Source of the DNA: Escherichia phage vB_EcoM_3HA11 | Sequence record: MN342150 | Reading direction: 5' to 3' (one strand) | DNA length: 64,000 nucleotides | Part shown: in pieces, positions 26,921 to 35,773 of the stretch | How positions within the stretch are numbered: position 1 is the stretch's first letter | Layout: every line of letters starts with the position of its first letter | Notes under the pieces: generated by a model | The model's input: only the letters and a program-made list of their open reading frames with translations | What the model was told of the DNA's origin: nothing | Database searches by the model: none | Translations under genes and position numbers: made by a program

Positions 26921-27966
26921 TGGAAATTAAAGCTATCAATAACAACGACATGCTGAAACAGGCTGTCTTGGCTATCCGTGAATACGGGATTGAATCTGAT
27001 CCTGGCAACGCGGAGATCAACACTGACGGCACCCGCTTTCTTGATGGTGTGACTATCACCGTCAGTGATATCCGTGACCGCTGGTTATCCGTTGAAGGTC
27101 GCAACTCATCGGCCATCGCAGCTATCGGTGAGACTTTCTGGGTGCTGGCTGGGCGCAATGACCTGAAGTTCCTGTCACGTGTCCTGCCCCGCGCTGCCAA
27201 CTTCTCCGACGATGGCCTAACATGGCGAGCCGCTTATGGGCCGCGCCTGTACGCCCATGGTCAGTTACAGAGCGTCATCAACCGTCTCCGCAAAAACATC
27301 AACACCCGTCAGGCGTATCTCACCATCTATGATCCGTCTCTGGACTCTGATGTTGGTCTGGCCAAGCACAACGGCTCAAACGAAGCGAAGACCAAAGACA
27401 TGGTGTGTAACCTGGCTCTGTTATTTGCTGTCGTTGAAGGTCGTCTGAACCTGACGGTCATCAACCGCTCACAAGATGTCCTGTGGGGTATGAGTTCAAT
27501 CAACTTCATTGAGTTCTCTATCCTTCAGGAAGTGATCGCGCAGGTGCTGGATGTAGACGTCGGCCAGTACAAGCTGTTCTCTAACAATCTTCATTACTAC
27601 AACAATGAAGTCAGCCAGAAGCAGCTGGGTAAGATCACGAAGGACACCAAAGTAGAAGCTGGGTTCATCAACTCCATGATTCACTTCACGAACGTGACCA
27701 ACCAGAACCATATCCGCAATCTGTTCACTGGTGTGCTTCATCACTGTGATATCGGTAGCCCGTGGGAAACTGTGGTCGCCCACCTGAAGGAGTACGATGC
27801 TGATCGCGGCCTGATCGTACAGATGGCATACTGCCTGTACTGCAAGCTGAACGACAAGCTCATCAACATGAACCTGATTCAGGATCATGGCCTGAACATT
27901 GCACTCACTCACTCTCCGGTTGACCGCAAGATCGTTGATCCAAAGTTCCTGGAAGGTGCGTTATGA
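26920..27966 (+). CDS. thymidylate synthase-family pyrimidine hydroxymethylase (gp42-like; base specificity uncertain)
   Basis: Blocks GETFWVLAGRND, DMVCNLA (catalytic Cys without the P-C-H of true TS, as in T4 dCMP hydroxymethylase DFMCTNT), NRSQDVLWG and GQYKLFSNNLHYY; 348 aa. Confidence 0.65.
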   Translation: MEIKAINNNDMLKQAVLAIREYGIESDPGNAEINTDGTRFLDGVTITVSDIRDRWLSVEGRNSSAIAAIGETFWVLAGRNDLKFLSRVLPRAANFSDDGLTWRAAYGPRLYAHGQLQSVINRLRKNINTRQAYLTIYDPSLDSDVGLAKHNGSNEAKTKDMVCNLALLFAVVEGRLNLTVINRSQDVLWGMSSINFIEFSILQEVIAQVLDVDVGQYKLFSNNLHYYNNEVSQKQLGKITKDTKVEAGFINSMIHFTNVTNQNHIRNLFTGVLHHCDIGSPWETVVAHLKEYDADRGLIVQMAYCLYCKLNDKLINMNLIQDHGLNIALTHSPVDRKIVDPKFLEGAL

Positions 27967-28532
27967 TGTATCCAAACCTTGAATTCTTTACGGGGCGTAA
28001 GCGCTCCGGCAAGGACTTCTGTTTGGAGTCCCTGATCAGCTACCACCATCTACAGGGAGACAAGGACATTCAACGCCTGTCTTTCTCGGATGAGCTGCGC
28101 CGTGTTGCCAACTACATCTACCCGTGGCTGCCTGAGGAGGTGGAGGATGCTGTGAAGGACGTTTCATTCATACACCCCGATAACCCCAAGGGCTTAACTC
28201 CACGGCAGATCTGGCTTCATCTCGGCAGCGATACGGGCTTGCGTTACGTACAGCCTGATCTGTTCCTGGCGTTCTTCAAGCGCTTCCAGCTTCCTCTGGT
28301 AGAGCAGAACCCTCACGTCCATTATATCGTGAGCGACCTGCGCACCCCCCAGGAATATGAATGGGCGCTGAGTACGAAATGTCCTATCACCCGCATTTCA
28401 AAGGCCGACCGCGCTGGTATCATAGAGGACGATATAGAGGCTTTCATTGATAAGATGGAAGTTGATTATGAATTTGTCAATCCGTTTGAAGGTTGGCAAC
28501 CGTTCGTCAAATTTTATAGGGATCGGAAATGA
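27963..28532 (+). CDS. 1: deoxynucleoside monophosphate kinase (T4 gp1-like)
   Basis: P-loop GRKRSGKDF matches the T4 gp1 GVKRSGKDT pattern; ATGA overlap with the upstream gene. Confidence 0.65.
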   Translation: MMYPNLEFFTGRKRSGKDFCLESLISYHHLQGDKDIQRLSFSDELRRVANYIYPWLPEEVEDAVKDVSFIHPDNPKGLTPRQIWLHLGSDTGLRYVQPDLFLAFFKRFQLPLVEQNPHVHYIVSDLRTPQEYEWALSTKCPITRISKADRAGIIEDDIEAFIDKMEVDYEFVNPFEGWQPFVKFYRDRK

Positions 28533-29077
28533 TCACAACAGAGCATATTAAAAGTCTGCTCGAACTTCAAAAGGCCACCAACGTGGCCTATTTTGGGGAA
28601 GAGTGGAAGAATGTATGGAGTCAGAACGCGATCATCAACTCCATCTATCGCGAGTGGGCGGAGTTCCTTGACGAAACCACCCGCGACTGGAAGGTCTATG
28701 GTAACGACATCGGGTTTCACCATGCGAACGCAGTCTATGAACTGGTGGACGTGGTTCACTTCATGCTGTGTTTCATCCTCGTCGATCGCACCAAAGGAGA
28801 GATTGAAGAAGAAATGGAGAATCTTGGCCGACGGCTCGTCCCAGGGACGAGTTCAGTAGGGCATCGCAATGTTACGTATCGCCTTGGGCAGTTCATGAAC
28901 GATCCTTGCGTCGAGACTCTCATGGTCTTCCTATCGACTGTGTGTTCTTACATGGAGATCGACATTGAGACCTACATGCTGGCACACAAGCGCAAAAACG
29001 ATCGCAATCGGCTGCGTGCTGCTGGCGGCGCGAATTACGATAAGTCCGCAGAAACCCCTCTGACCCTGGAGTTCTAA
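28529..29077 (+). CDS. 56: dCTPase/dUTPase-type all-alpha NTP pyrophosphatase (T4 gp56-like)
   Basis: ELVDVVHFMLCFIL block matches T4 gp56 ELVDIFHFVLNMFV; 182 aa. Confidence 0.65.
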   Translation: MITTEHIKSLLELQKATNVAYFGEEWKNVWSQNAIINSIYREWAEFLDETTRDWKVYGNDIGFHHANAVYELVDVVHFMLCFILVDRTKGEIEEEMENLGRRLVPGTSSVGHRNVTYRLGQFMNDPCVETLMVFLSTVCSYMEIDIETYMLAHKRKNDRNRLRAAGGANYDKSAETPLTLEF

Positions 29078-29607
29078 TGTTTACAGTTGTCGTATCATAT
29101 TATGCGGAACATGCCCCGCAAATGGCAGAGAACTTTGCTGAGTTTATTAAACCTGGCAGACATGTCGTTATCGCGACCAAATTCAACAAAGAACCAGATG
29201 GTGCGGCTACTGTAACGCAACATATTACAACTCCAGAGCCGGAAACCCTTTTCAAACGTATTGAAGATTTTGCTTTTGGCGGGGAAGAAATTCCAGAGTC
29301 ATTACAGCATATCTATTTTGAAGATGCGATATATTATGTTCATGCTATTCCAAAGGATGTTACAACTGAACAAATGATGTATATCCTGAATATCGCATTG
29401 AATGTTTCTTGTGTCAACAGGGCACAGCACAATCGTCTGCGTAATATGTATTTAACAGAACGCGGGGGTTCCGAAATTAACGATGAAAAACTCCCGTCAA
29501 TAATGGCGATTCACGAAGCAATCAATATATTGTCCAAGAAAGTCTTGGGCACCGATTTATTAATTACGATCAACAAGCAAGAGGAAACGAAATGGCCGAT
29601 TCATTGA
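29077..29607 (+). CDS. hypothetical protein (176 aa) within the nucleotide-modification operon
   Basis: ORF coupled to dCTPase (TAATG overlap) and overlapping the uvsX start. Confidence 0.45.
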   Translation: MFTVVVSYYAEHAPQMAENFAEFIKPGRHVVIATKFNKEPDGAATVTQHITTPEPETLFKRIEDFAFGGEEIPESLQHIYFEDAIYYVHAIPKDVTTEQMMYILNIALNVSCVNRAQHNRLRNMYLTERGGSEINDEKLPSIMAIHEAINILSKKVLGTDLLITINKQEETKWPIH

Positions 29608-30677
29608 TGGCTCGCATGCTCAAGACAGCAAAGAAACTGGACCCGAATGCCGAAGTGCTGTCAAAGACCGATGCGCTGAAGCCTGACATTATTTGCAGTA
29701 CGGGTATTCCTATTCTGAATTTGGCCTGGTCCGGTCGTATTGATGGTGGTCTGATATCAGGCATCAAACAGTTGGTGGGGGATTCTCGTACATTCAAAAC
29801 CATGTTTGGGCTGGTAGATGTTAAGGCTTACATGGATAAGTTTCCTGATGCAATTTGTATCTTCGCGGATTCCGAAGGCGGTGCGAATGAAAACTACTGG
29901 ACATCTATGGGTATTGACATGGACCGTGTCTTGTATCTGCCGATTGAAAACGTTGAAAAGACGAAGATCAAGCTGACACAGCTTCTGAATGATGCTCAGA
30001 AAGGTGACAAGATCATCGTATTCATCGACTCAATCAGCCAGTTGCCGTCTACCAAAGAAGTTGATGATGCTATCGCGGGCAAAGACACACAAGATATGAC
30101 TCGCGCTCGCGCTCTCAATAGTTTTTGGCGTGTTATCACTCCGTTGGTCACTGAAAAGAAATTCGTTTTGGTATGGATCAACTCGTACTATGATGAAATC
30201 GGGAACCAATACGCCGAGCCGAACATCAAAGGCGGTAAACAGGGGTTCCTGTCTTCTAACCAATTGTGGTTCATCACGCGTTCTCAAGTAAAAGAAGACA
30301 AAGACCTTTTGGGATGGCAGTTTACAGTCAACATCATGAAAGGTCGCTTTGTCCGTGAAAAATCCAAGTTCCCTGTCACTGTGTTGTATGAAGGCGGTAT
30401 TGACCGTTGGTCCGGTATGTTAGAAATTGCGCGCATGCTGGGGTATGTGGATTTGGTGAGTGGTTCTTGGTATCAACGTACTGCCAAAGGCGGGTTTGAT
30501 CCAGAAAAAGAAAAGAAATATCGTAAGGCAGAGCTGGGGGATGACTTCTGGTATCCGTTGCTGGAAAACCCAGACTTTGTTGACGATGTGAACAACATGT
30601 TCGGTATCTCTCAGAGTTCGGTTATGCCTGCAGATATGCTGGAGCGCCTCGATAATGTCATCAAAACAACCGAGTAA
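29592..30677 (+). CDS. uvsX: recombinase UvsX (RecA family)
   Basis: PDAICIFADSE, IVFIDSISQL, DMTRARALNSFWRVITP and REKSKF blocks match T4 UvsX. Confidence 0.9.
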   Translation: MADSLMARMLKTAKKLDPNAEVLSKTDALKPDIICSTGIPILNLAWSGRIDGGLISGIKQLVGDSRTFKTMFGLVDVKAYMDKFPDAICIFADSEGGANENYWTSMGIDMDRVLYLPIENVEKTKIKLTQLLNDAQKGDKIIVFIDSISQLPSTKEVDDAIAGKDTQDMTRARALNSFWRVITPLVTEKKFVLVWINSYYDEIGNQYAEPNIKGGKQGFLSSNQLWFITRSQVKEDKDLLGWQFTVNIMKGRFVREKSKFPVTVLYEGGIDRWSGMLEIARMLGYVDLVSGSWYQRTAKGGFDPEKEKKYRKAELGDDFWYPLLENPDFVDDVNNMFGISQSSVMPADMLERLDNVIKTTE

Positions 30678-30984
30678 TATTGCAGGGGGAGGAGACTCCC
30701 CCGTTAATTACAAAATCATCGACCCTGGTTCTGATCAGTTAGCTATTATCGAAATAACGGAAGGCAAGTTCCGCGGTGTTCAATTTCGTATAGGAAAAGT
30801 GGGTGTCCATGTAGACAATGGAGAACCTCGGTTATCCTTTACGACGGATATATTGAAGAAACCATGGCGTTTGTTATTTGTTAATTTGAAAGAAAATGAC
30901 TTGTTCACTGTGGTGTCTGGGGATATCTTAGTTGATCTGATACAGCAAAATGCTCAGGATTACAACAAAATTTTGGTGGGGTAG
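30655..30984 (+). CDS. hypothetical protein (109 aa; occupies the position of T4 gene 40)
   Basis: ORF between uvsX and gene 41. Confidence 0.4.
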   Translation: MSSKQPSNIAGGGDSPVNYKIIDPGSDQLAIIEITEGKFRGVQFRIGKVGVHVDNGEPRLSFTTDILKKPWRLLFVNLKENDLFTVVSGDILVDLIQQNAQDYNKILVG

Positions 30985-30990
30985 TTGCCA

Positions 30991-32415
30991 ATGTTACTCG
31001 AATCTGTCGTGCTTTCCCAATTAATCTACAATGAAGAATATCAAAGAAAGATCCAGCCGTATTTGAAAGCCGATTATTTCGATAACGAAGGCGAGAAGAT
31101 TATATTTGGTCTTATAGACCATTACACTTGCGAATATAATGCTCGTCCTTCGGTTGAAGCGCTGTCTATTATGCTGGAAAAGACTTCGCTCAATGAACAC
31201 GTATTTGATCAGGCCATTTCTGCTCTTGAAAATATTAATGACAATACTTTTCATCAGGACTGGTTAGTAAAAGAAACAGAAAGTTGGGCGCGTCAGAAAG
31301 CTGTTCATAACGCAATTAGACAAGCCGTTAACATATACGGCGATGAGAAACGCAAAGATGAGATGAACAACATCCCTACTTTGCTGCAAGAAGCCCTGGC
31401 GATTCAGTTTGATTCATATCTCGGTCACATCTATTGGGAAATGGCTGAGCAACAATACGACCACATGAACTCTAATGAAGCGAAGATCCCTTTCGCCGTA
31501 GAGATATTCAACAAAGCAACTCGTGGTGGTGTTGGCAAGAAGACATTGAACATCGTTACAGGCGCAATCAACGCAGGTAAGACAACAACTCTGATTGATT
31601 TGGCTGCTGGTTATGCCGAGCAGGGGTTGAATGTGTTCGTATTCACCCTCGAAGTGGCCGAGAACGTCTGGCGACACCGCCTTGATGCCCGTATGATGCG
31701 CAGGGACTTCGAGTCCTTAGAGAAGCTCTCACGGCACGAGTATATTGCCACCATACAAAAACTGAGAACCCGTCAAGACGGTTCCATGAAGGGTGATATT
31801 GTTATCAAGGAATATCCTTCGGGCGCGGGGCATACAGGTTTGTATCGTCGTGATATTCTTGATTATGCGACTGTAACAGGAATTACACCCGATGTCATCA
31901 TTATTGACTACTTGGGGGAATCTGCGTCTTCTCGCCTTCCCGCTCACTTGATGCAAAACACCAACGTGTATTATACATCCGTGGCGCGAGAATTCCGTGC
32001 TCTTGGGTTTGAGTTTGATTGCCCTGTTTGGACAGGTATGCAGTTTAACCGTGAAACGCAATCAGCAACTGATGGTAATATCAGTGACTTGGCAGACGCT
32101 ATCGGTATCCCGAAGGTCGCTGACTTTATCATGGCGTTTTATGCCCCAGACGAACTGGCGGCTGTTAAGAAAGCCAGAGCATCAATCTTGAAAAATCGTT
32201 ATGCCAACAAGCAGAAACTCAAATCATTCTTGTTTGGTATGGACCAAGATAAACAGATCTTGTTCGACTTGGACTGGAATGAAGTCAAACGAGACCTGAC
32301 TGATGAAGAAGCCCGTTATGTTGAGAACGTGCATATCAAGCATGACTTGAATAAAACGGGGGACTCAAATGATGTTAAAAAAGCCGAGACCGTCAATAGT
32401 TGGAATTTCGGTTAA
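30991..32415 (+). CDS. 41: replicative DNA helicase (DnaB family, T4 gp41-like)
   Basis: Walker A GAINAGKTT, DnaB-like C-terminal RecA fold; ATG at 30991 (track ORF begins at TTG 30985). Confidence 0.88.
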   Translation: MLLESVVLSQLIYNEEYQRKIQPYLKADYFDNEGEKIIFGLIDHYTCEYNARPSVEALSIMLEKTSLNEHVFDQAISALENINDNTFHQDWLVKETESWARQKAVHNAIRQAVNIYGDEKRKDEMNNIPTLLQEALAIQFDSYLGHIYWEMAEQQYDHMNSNEAKIPFAVEIFNKATRGGVGKKTLNIVTGAINAGKTTTLIDLAAGYAEQGLNVFVFTLEVAENVWRHRLDARMMRRDFESLEKLSRHEYIATIQKLRTRQDGSMKGDIVIKEYPSGAGHTGLYRRDILDYATVTGITPDVIIIDYLGESASSRLPAHLMQNTNVYYTSVAREFRALGFEFDCPVWTGMQFNRETQSATDGNISDLADAIGIPKVADFIMAFYAPDELAAVKKARASILKNRYANKQKLKSFLFGMDQDKQILFDLDWNEVKRDLTDEEARYVENVHIKHDLNKTGDSNDVKKAETVNSWNFG

Positions 32416-32478
32416 CTTCAATAATGGTGGTCATAGGGTATAATCTCTATGATCTGAATATTAACCCAGGAGCACATC

Positions 32479-32811
32479 ATGTCGGATGTTGCATTTATAG
32501 CTGACCTGATTCGGGCGGCACAACAGGTGTGCCAGTCTGGAGAAACCAGTCTCAAACTCACTACAGAGCAGACTCTAGAATTTTATAAGAATCGTCGGCA
32601 TTGGGGTAAGAATGTCAAGATACATTGCGAACCAGGTGAATTGGTTCAGCTTGATCTTCCGTCTTTTCCATTGCCGGTACAGACCAACACTCAGGAATAT
32701 TACAATGTTGAAGGCGTTGATATTATTCCTAAGTTTGGTTTTCACAGTATCGTTTACTTCTTCCTACGCCGTTTGGGAACCAGTATCGGCCCACTCGGTT
32801 CTCGTCATTAA
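32479..32811 (+). CDS. hypothetical protein
   Basis: ORF with SD AGGAG. Confidence 0.4.
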   Translation: MSDVAFIADLIRAAQQVCQSGETSLKLTTEQTLEFYKNRRHWGKNVKIHCEPGELVQLDLPSFPLPVQTNTQEYYNVEGVDIIPKFGFHSIVYFFLRRLGTSIGPLGSRH

Positions 32812-32823
32812 TGAGGATATATT

Positions 32824-33135
32824 ATGTCAGTTGAACAAATTGGTTTTTATCAACTCCCTTCTGATCCGAAACTGCGTCAAAAGATGATGCAGACATTGGA
32901 AAATTGCCGCGCCGCCCAGATCCGTATCAAGTCTGAACAGACATTTGTTACCGAAGCTCTGGCCGAATTGGCAAAAGAAACAGGCATCAAAGCCGTTGAT
33001 CTGCGCAAAGTCGTTACTGACCGCGCTGGCGGAACTTACACCAAGACCATCGAGACCAGCGCCAAATACCAAGATCTCTATGAGTCTCTGTATCCTAATG
33101 CAGCGCCTGATCGCGCAGCCGATCCTCAGCCATAA
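32824..33135 (+). CDS. hypothetical protein
   Basis: ORF with SD GAGGA. Confidence 0.45.
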   Translation: MSVEQIGFYQLPSDPKLRQKMMQTLENCRAAQIRIKSEQTFVTEALAELAKETGIKAVDLRKVVTDRAGGTYTKTIETSAKYQDLYESLYPNAAPDRAADPQP

Positions 33136-33136
33136 A

Positions 33137-33172
33137 TCCCCCAGAAAGCCCAACAAATTGTTGGGCTTTTTA
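33137..33172 (+). terminator. rho-independent terminator (AAGCCCAACAA-ATT-GTTGGGCTT plus TTTT)
   Basis: 11-bp stem with T run. Confidence 0.6.
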
Positions 33173-33181
33173 TTTGAAACC

Positions 33182-33210
33182 TTTACTTCAATAAAACATA
33201 CGGCTATCAT
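33182..33210 (+). promoter_or_regulatory. T4-early-like promoter (-35 TTTACT, 17 nt spacer, -10 TATCAT)
   Basis: Same architecture as 644, 7448 and 13899. Confidence 0.35.
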
Positions 33211-33253
33211 TTAACCTACTTTGAAAAGTTTCACTATATCATGAGAGGCAGAT

Positions 33254-34447
33254 ATGAAAGCCAAGACCTTCAGTATTCCTATCGACAACATTGGTCGTGT
33301 CAAGGAACGTCTGGCCAAACTTGAAAGAACGGCCAAGCGCCTGAATCTCGAGTTCCCTCTTGTCGAATACAGCGAACCATACAAAACCCAGCATCGCGAT
33401 TCTATCACTGGTGAAAAATTCTATCGGTGGTGGCAGGATTGTACACTCACTGGTGAAGGCATCGACCGCCCCGTTTCCTACGGCGGGTGGAGCATTATTG
33501 GACAATTCAATCACCAATATCCAAAAGTCATCTTGAATAAATTAGCAGATGACATCCACCCTAATTTCATTCAAAGATTCGAAGCCGAAAACGTGTCTTG
33601 GTGTGAGCATTGTAATAAATCTGTGCGTCGTCATAACACATATGTTGTTCGTAACGAACAATCCGGCGCTCAAATGTTGGTCGGCAGTAGCTGTATGCAC
33701 CATTACGTTCCTCATCAGAAATCGCTTGATGCCGTGATGTCTTATTATATGTCGATACATGAAATGTTCTCACCTGATGAAGATGACCCTGAAGGCATCT
33801 ATCGAGTGAACGAACCTGATTACGTTGACACTGAAGGTTATTTGCGGAATTGCTTTCAGGTTCTGCTGTCTGGTATGAGTATGAAGAGCGATGATTTTGG
33901 TCGAGTTCTTGGTCATATTTCTAGCGGGACTCGTCCGGAGAAAGGTTCTGACATTGAGATATTCTATAACAAGGCTGTTAAAGCCCGTGAAGATGCTCAA
34001 TCAGAAATGTACCATATGATGCTTTTCATCGCCGCGTTGTCTGAGAACAATGATTTCAACGTTCGCCTGAAACGTATGTGTGAACCTGGATATCACCTCG
34101 TTAAGGACTCCACGACAGTTCGTTGGGGAGCAGCAAAGTATTATGATTATATCCACACCCCCCGCCAAATGCGTTCTGTATCAAATTGGGTGGGGGAAGT
34201 CGGTGAAATGTTAGAAGTGCAAGTCAAATTCGAAGCAAGGATTTTCCTGCATTCATCTGATTATGGTGACACGTATCTGTATACTTTCAAAACCAAAGAA
34301 GGCAATACCATTACATGGAAGACTTCTTATATGGAAACCGAATTCCTGGAAGGTGATATGATCATTCGTGGTCGCGTCAAAGAATTGACCGAATTCAAAG
34401 ATGTTAAACAAACTCAGGTAACAAGGGCAAAACTGAGGAAATTATGA
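33254..34447 (+). CDS. hypothetical protein (397 aa) with Cys/His cluster (CEHC...CMHH)
   Basis: Long ORF, SD GAGAGG; putative zinc site around residues 115-150. Confidence 0.55.
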   Translation: MKAKTFSIPIDNIGRVKERLAKLERTAKRLNLEFPLVEYSEPYKTQHRDSITGEKFYRWWQDCTLTGEGIDRPVSYGGWSIIGQFNHQYPKVILNKLADDIHPNFIQRFEAENVSWCEHCNKSVRRHNTYVVRNEQSGAQMLVGSSCMHHYVPHQKSLDAVMSYYMSIHEMFSPDEDDPEGIYRVNEPDYVDTEGYLRNCFQVLLSGMSMKSDDFGRVLGHISSGTRPEKGSDIEIFYNKAVKAREDAQSEMYHMMLFIAALSENNDFNVRLKRMCEPGYHLVKDSTTVRWGAAKYYDYIHTPRQMRSVSNWVGEVGEMLEVQVKFEARIFLHSSDYGDTYLYTFKTKEGNTITWKTSYMETEFLEGDMIIRGRVKELTEFKDVKQTQVTRAKLRKL

Positions 34448-34560
34448 TTCTTTTACAATTTGTTTTGAAAGCATTTGCATTCGGTCTTATCGCATGCGGA
34501 GTGATCACAGCTATGCTGTTAATCATAGCCCTGATCATCCCCTTTAAGAGGAAACGCTGA
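34444..34560 (+). CDS. micro-ORF encoding a 38-aa hydrophobic peptide (MILLQFVLKAFAFGLIACGVITAMLLIIALIIPFKRKR)
   Basis: ATG overlaps the upstream stop (ATGA) and its stop overlaps the next start (TGATG); not in the supplied track because it is under 60 aa. Confidence 0.3.
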   Translation: MILLQFVLKAFAFGLIACGVITAMLLIIALIIPFKRKR

Positions 34561-34769
34561 TGGAATGTTCATGCGGAGGGCAAGGCACAAGTGCATACTT
34601 GCCATTTAACACCGTCAAGGAAGCCGAAGACGCTGGATATGCCGTGGATAAGGCTCCCTGTGTAATTGCCACCAAGGATTGTCCGTGCTGTAAGAGGCAC
34701 TCTCAGAACGTTTGGTATGCCCCAGAAGCAAAGGGCAAAATTAATTTATTGAATATGATGAGGAAGTAA
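34560..34769 (+). CDS. small Cys-rich protein (CSCGG...CPCCKRH)
   Basis: ORF with 6 Cys in 69 aa. Confidence 0.45.
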   Translation: MECSCGGQGTSAYLPFNTVKEAEDAGYAVDKAPCVIATKDCPCCKRHSQNVWYAPEAKGKINLLNMMRK

Positions 34770-34770
34770 T

Positions 34771-35112
34771 ATGACCACACTCGTAGAAACATTATTCCCA
34801 GGATGCACCCTTGGGCGCGGTGGTAGCGAAGCCAACGGGCTGGCAATTGACGCCGAACCCCAGAACTGCGTTGTTATCGACAAATTCCATGACAATCATT
34901 ATGCTCTGAATGATCGTCGCGATCATTATTTGGTTTCTGTGGGAGAATCTTTGGTTCACCTTCGAATCTGTTCTGCTTTACCAGGATATGGGTATGACGC
35001 ATTTGCTTATATCCATGATGTTTCCAACGGCGCGTTGGGGAAAGAATCCCTGATTGAAAAATTCAAGAGTTGGAAGGAGTCCTTCACCTCTGTCACACCA
35101 CCTAAGAAATAA
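34771..35112 (+). CDS. hypothetical protein
   Basis: ORF. Confidence 0.45.
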   Translation: MTTLVETLFPGCTLGRGGSEANGLAIDAEPQNCVVIDKFHDNHYALNDRRDHYLVSVGESLVHLRICSALPGYGYDAFAYIHDVSNGALGKESLIEKFKSWKESFTSVTPPKK

Positions 35113-35127
35113 TTGAGGAATATATTA

Positions 35128-35736
35128 ATGTCACTGAAAACATTTTTAAACCGCCTGTTCAGCACTGTCGAGGCCAATTTAACTGCAGGTTTGGATAAAC
35201 TCACAGATACCGAGAAGCGTTTGAATCTGGCTGCACGGAAACTATCTGATGAAATCCGGCGTTTAGAAGAAGCCCGTGTAACCAATGTCCACCATGGCGT
35301 TAAGATGAAGAAGACCGCTGATGAAAATCTGGCTGAAGCCATCAAGCGAGAAACCATTTTGAAAGATGCGATCGCTCGTGGAGTAACTCCTACCCGCGCC
35401 GAAGCTTTAATCATACTCCACCGCCGTCGTATTGGTGAAGCCTTGCTGGATAAAGTCAAAGAGATCGAATCTGGCAGCGTGAAATTGAATTCGGCGATTG
35501 TTGAATTGGGTGACAAACTGGACGCTGTTAAGTCTAATCTCGAATTGGTCCGAATTCAGAAAGAATCGAATGATCTTGGGTTAACTTTACCGGAAGACAT
35601 CGATTACGCGGCTGGAATGATTAATGTCGATGTTGATGCTATCCTTCGGGAAGCTGAAATCGCAGATTCCAATTATTCTACCAATAGCCCTTCAGCAACA
35701 GAAGCGGACAATTATCTGGCAAATTTATCAAAATAA
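35128..35736 (+). CDS. PspA/IM30-like coiled-coil protein (putative)
   Basis: N-terminal amphipathic helix MSLKTFLNRLFSTVEANL followed by long heptad-like helices, reminiscent of PspA/Vipp1; ATG at 35128 with SD GAGGAA. Confidence 0.4.
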   Translation: MSLKTFLNRLFSTVEANLTAGLDKLTDTEKRLNLAARKLSDEIRRLEEARVTNVHHGVKMKKTADENLAEAIKRETILKDAIARGVTPTRAEALIILHRRRIGEALLDKVKEIESGSVKLNSAIVELGDKLDAVKSNLELVRIQKESNDLGLTLPEDIDYAAGMINVDVDAILREAEIADSNYSTNSPSATEADNYLANLSK

Positions 35737-35773
35737 TATAGAAGGGGCATGTGCCCCTTCATTTGGGGGATTT

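Noticed and set aside
33254-34447. The 397-aa protein as a T4-like alpha-glucosyltransferase (similar length)
   Set aside because: No Rossmann-type glycine-rich or GT-B signature motifs visible; the similarity is size only
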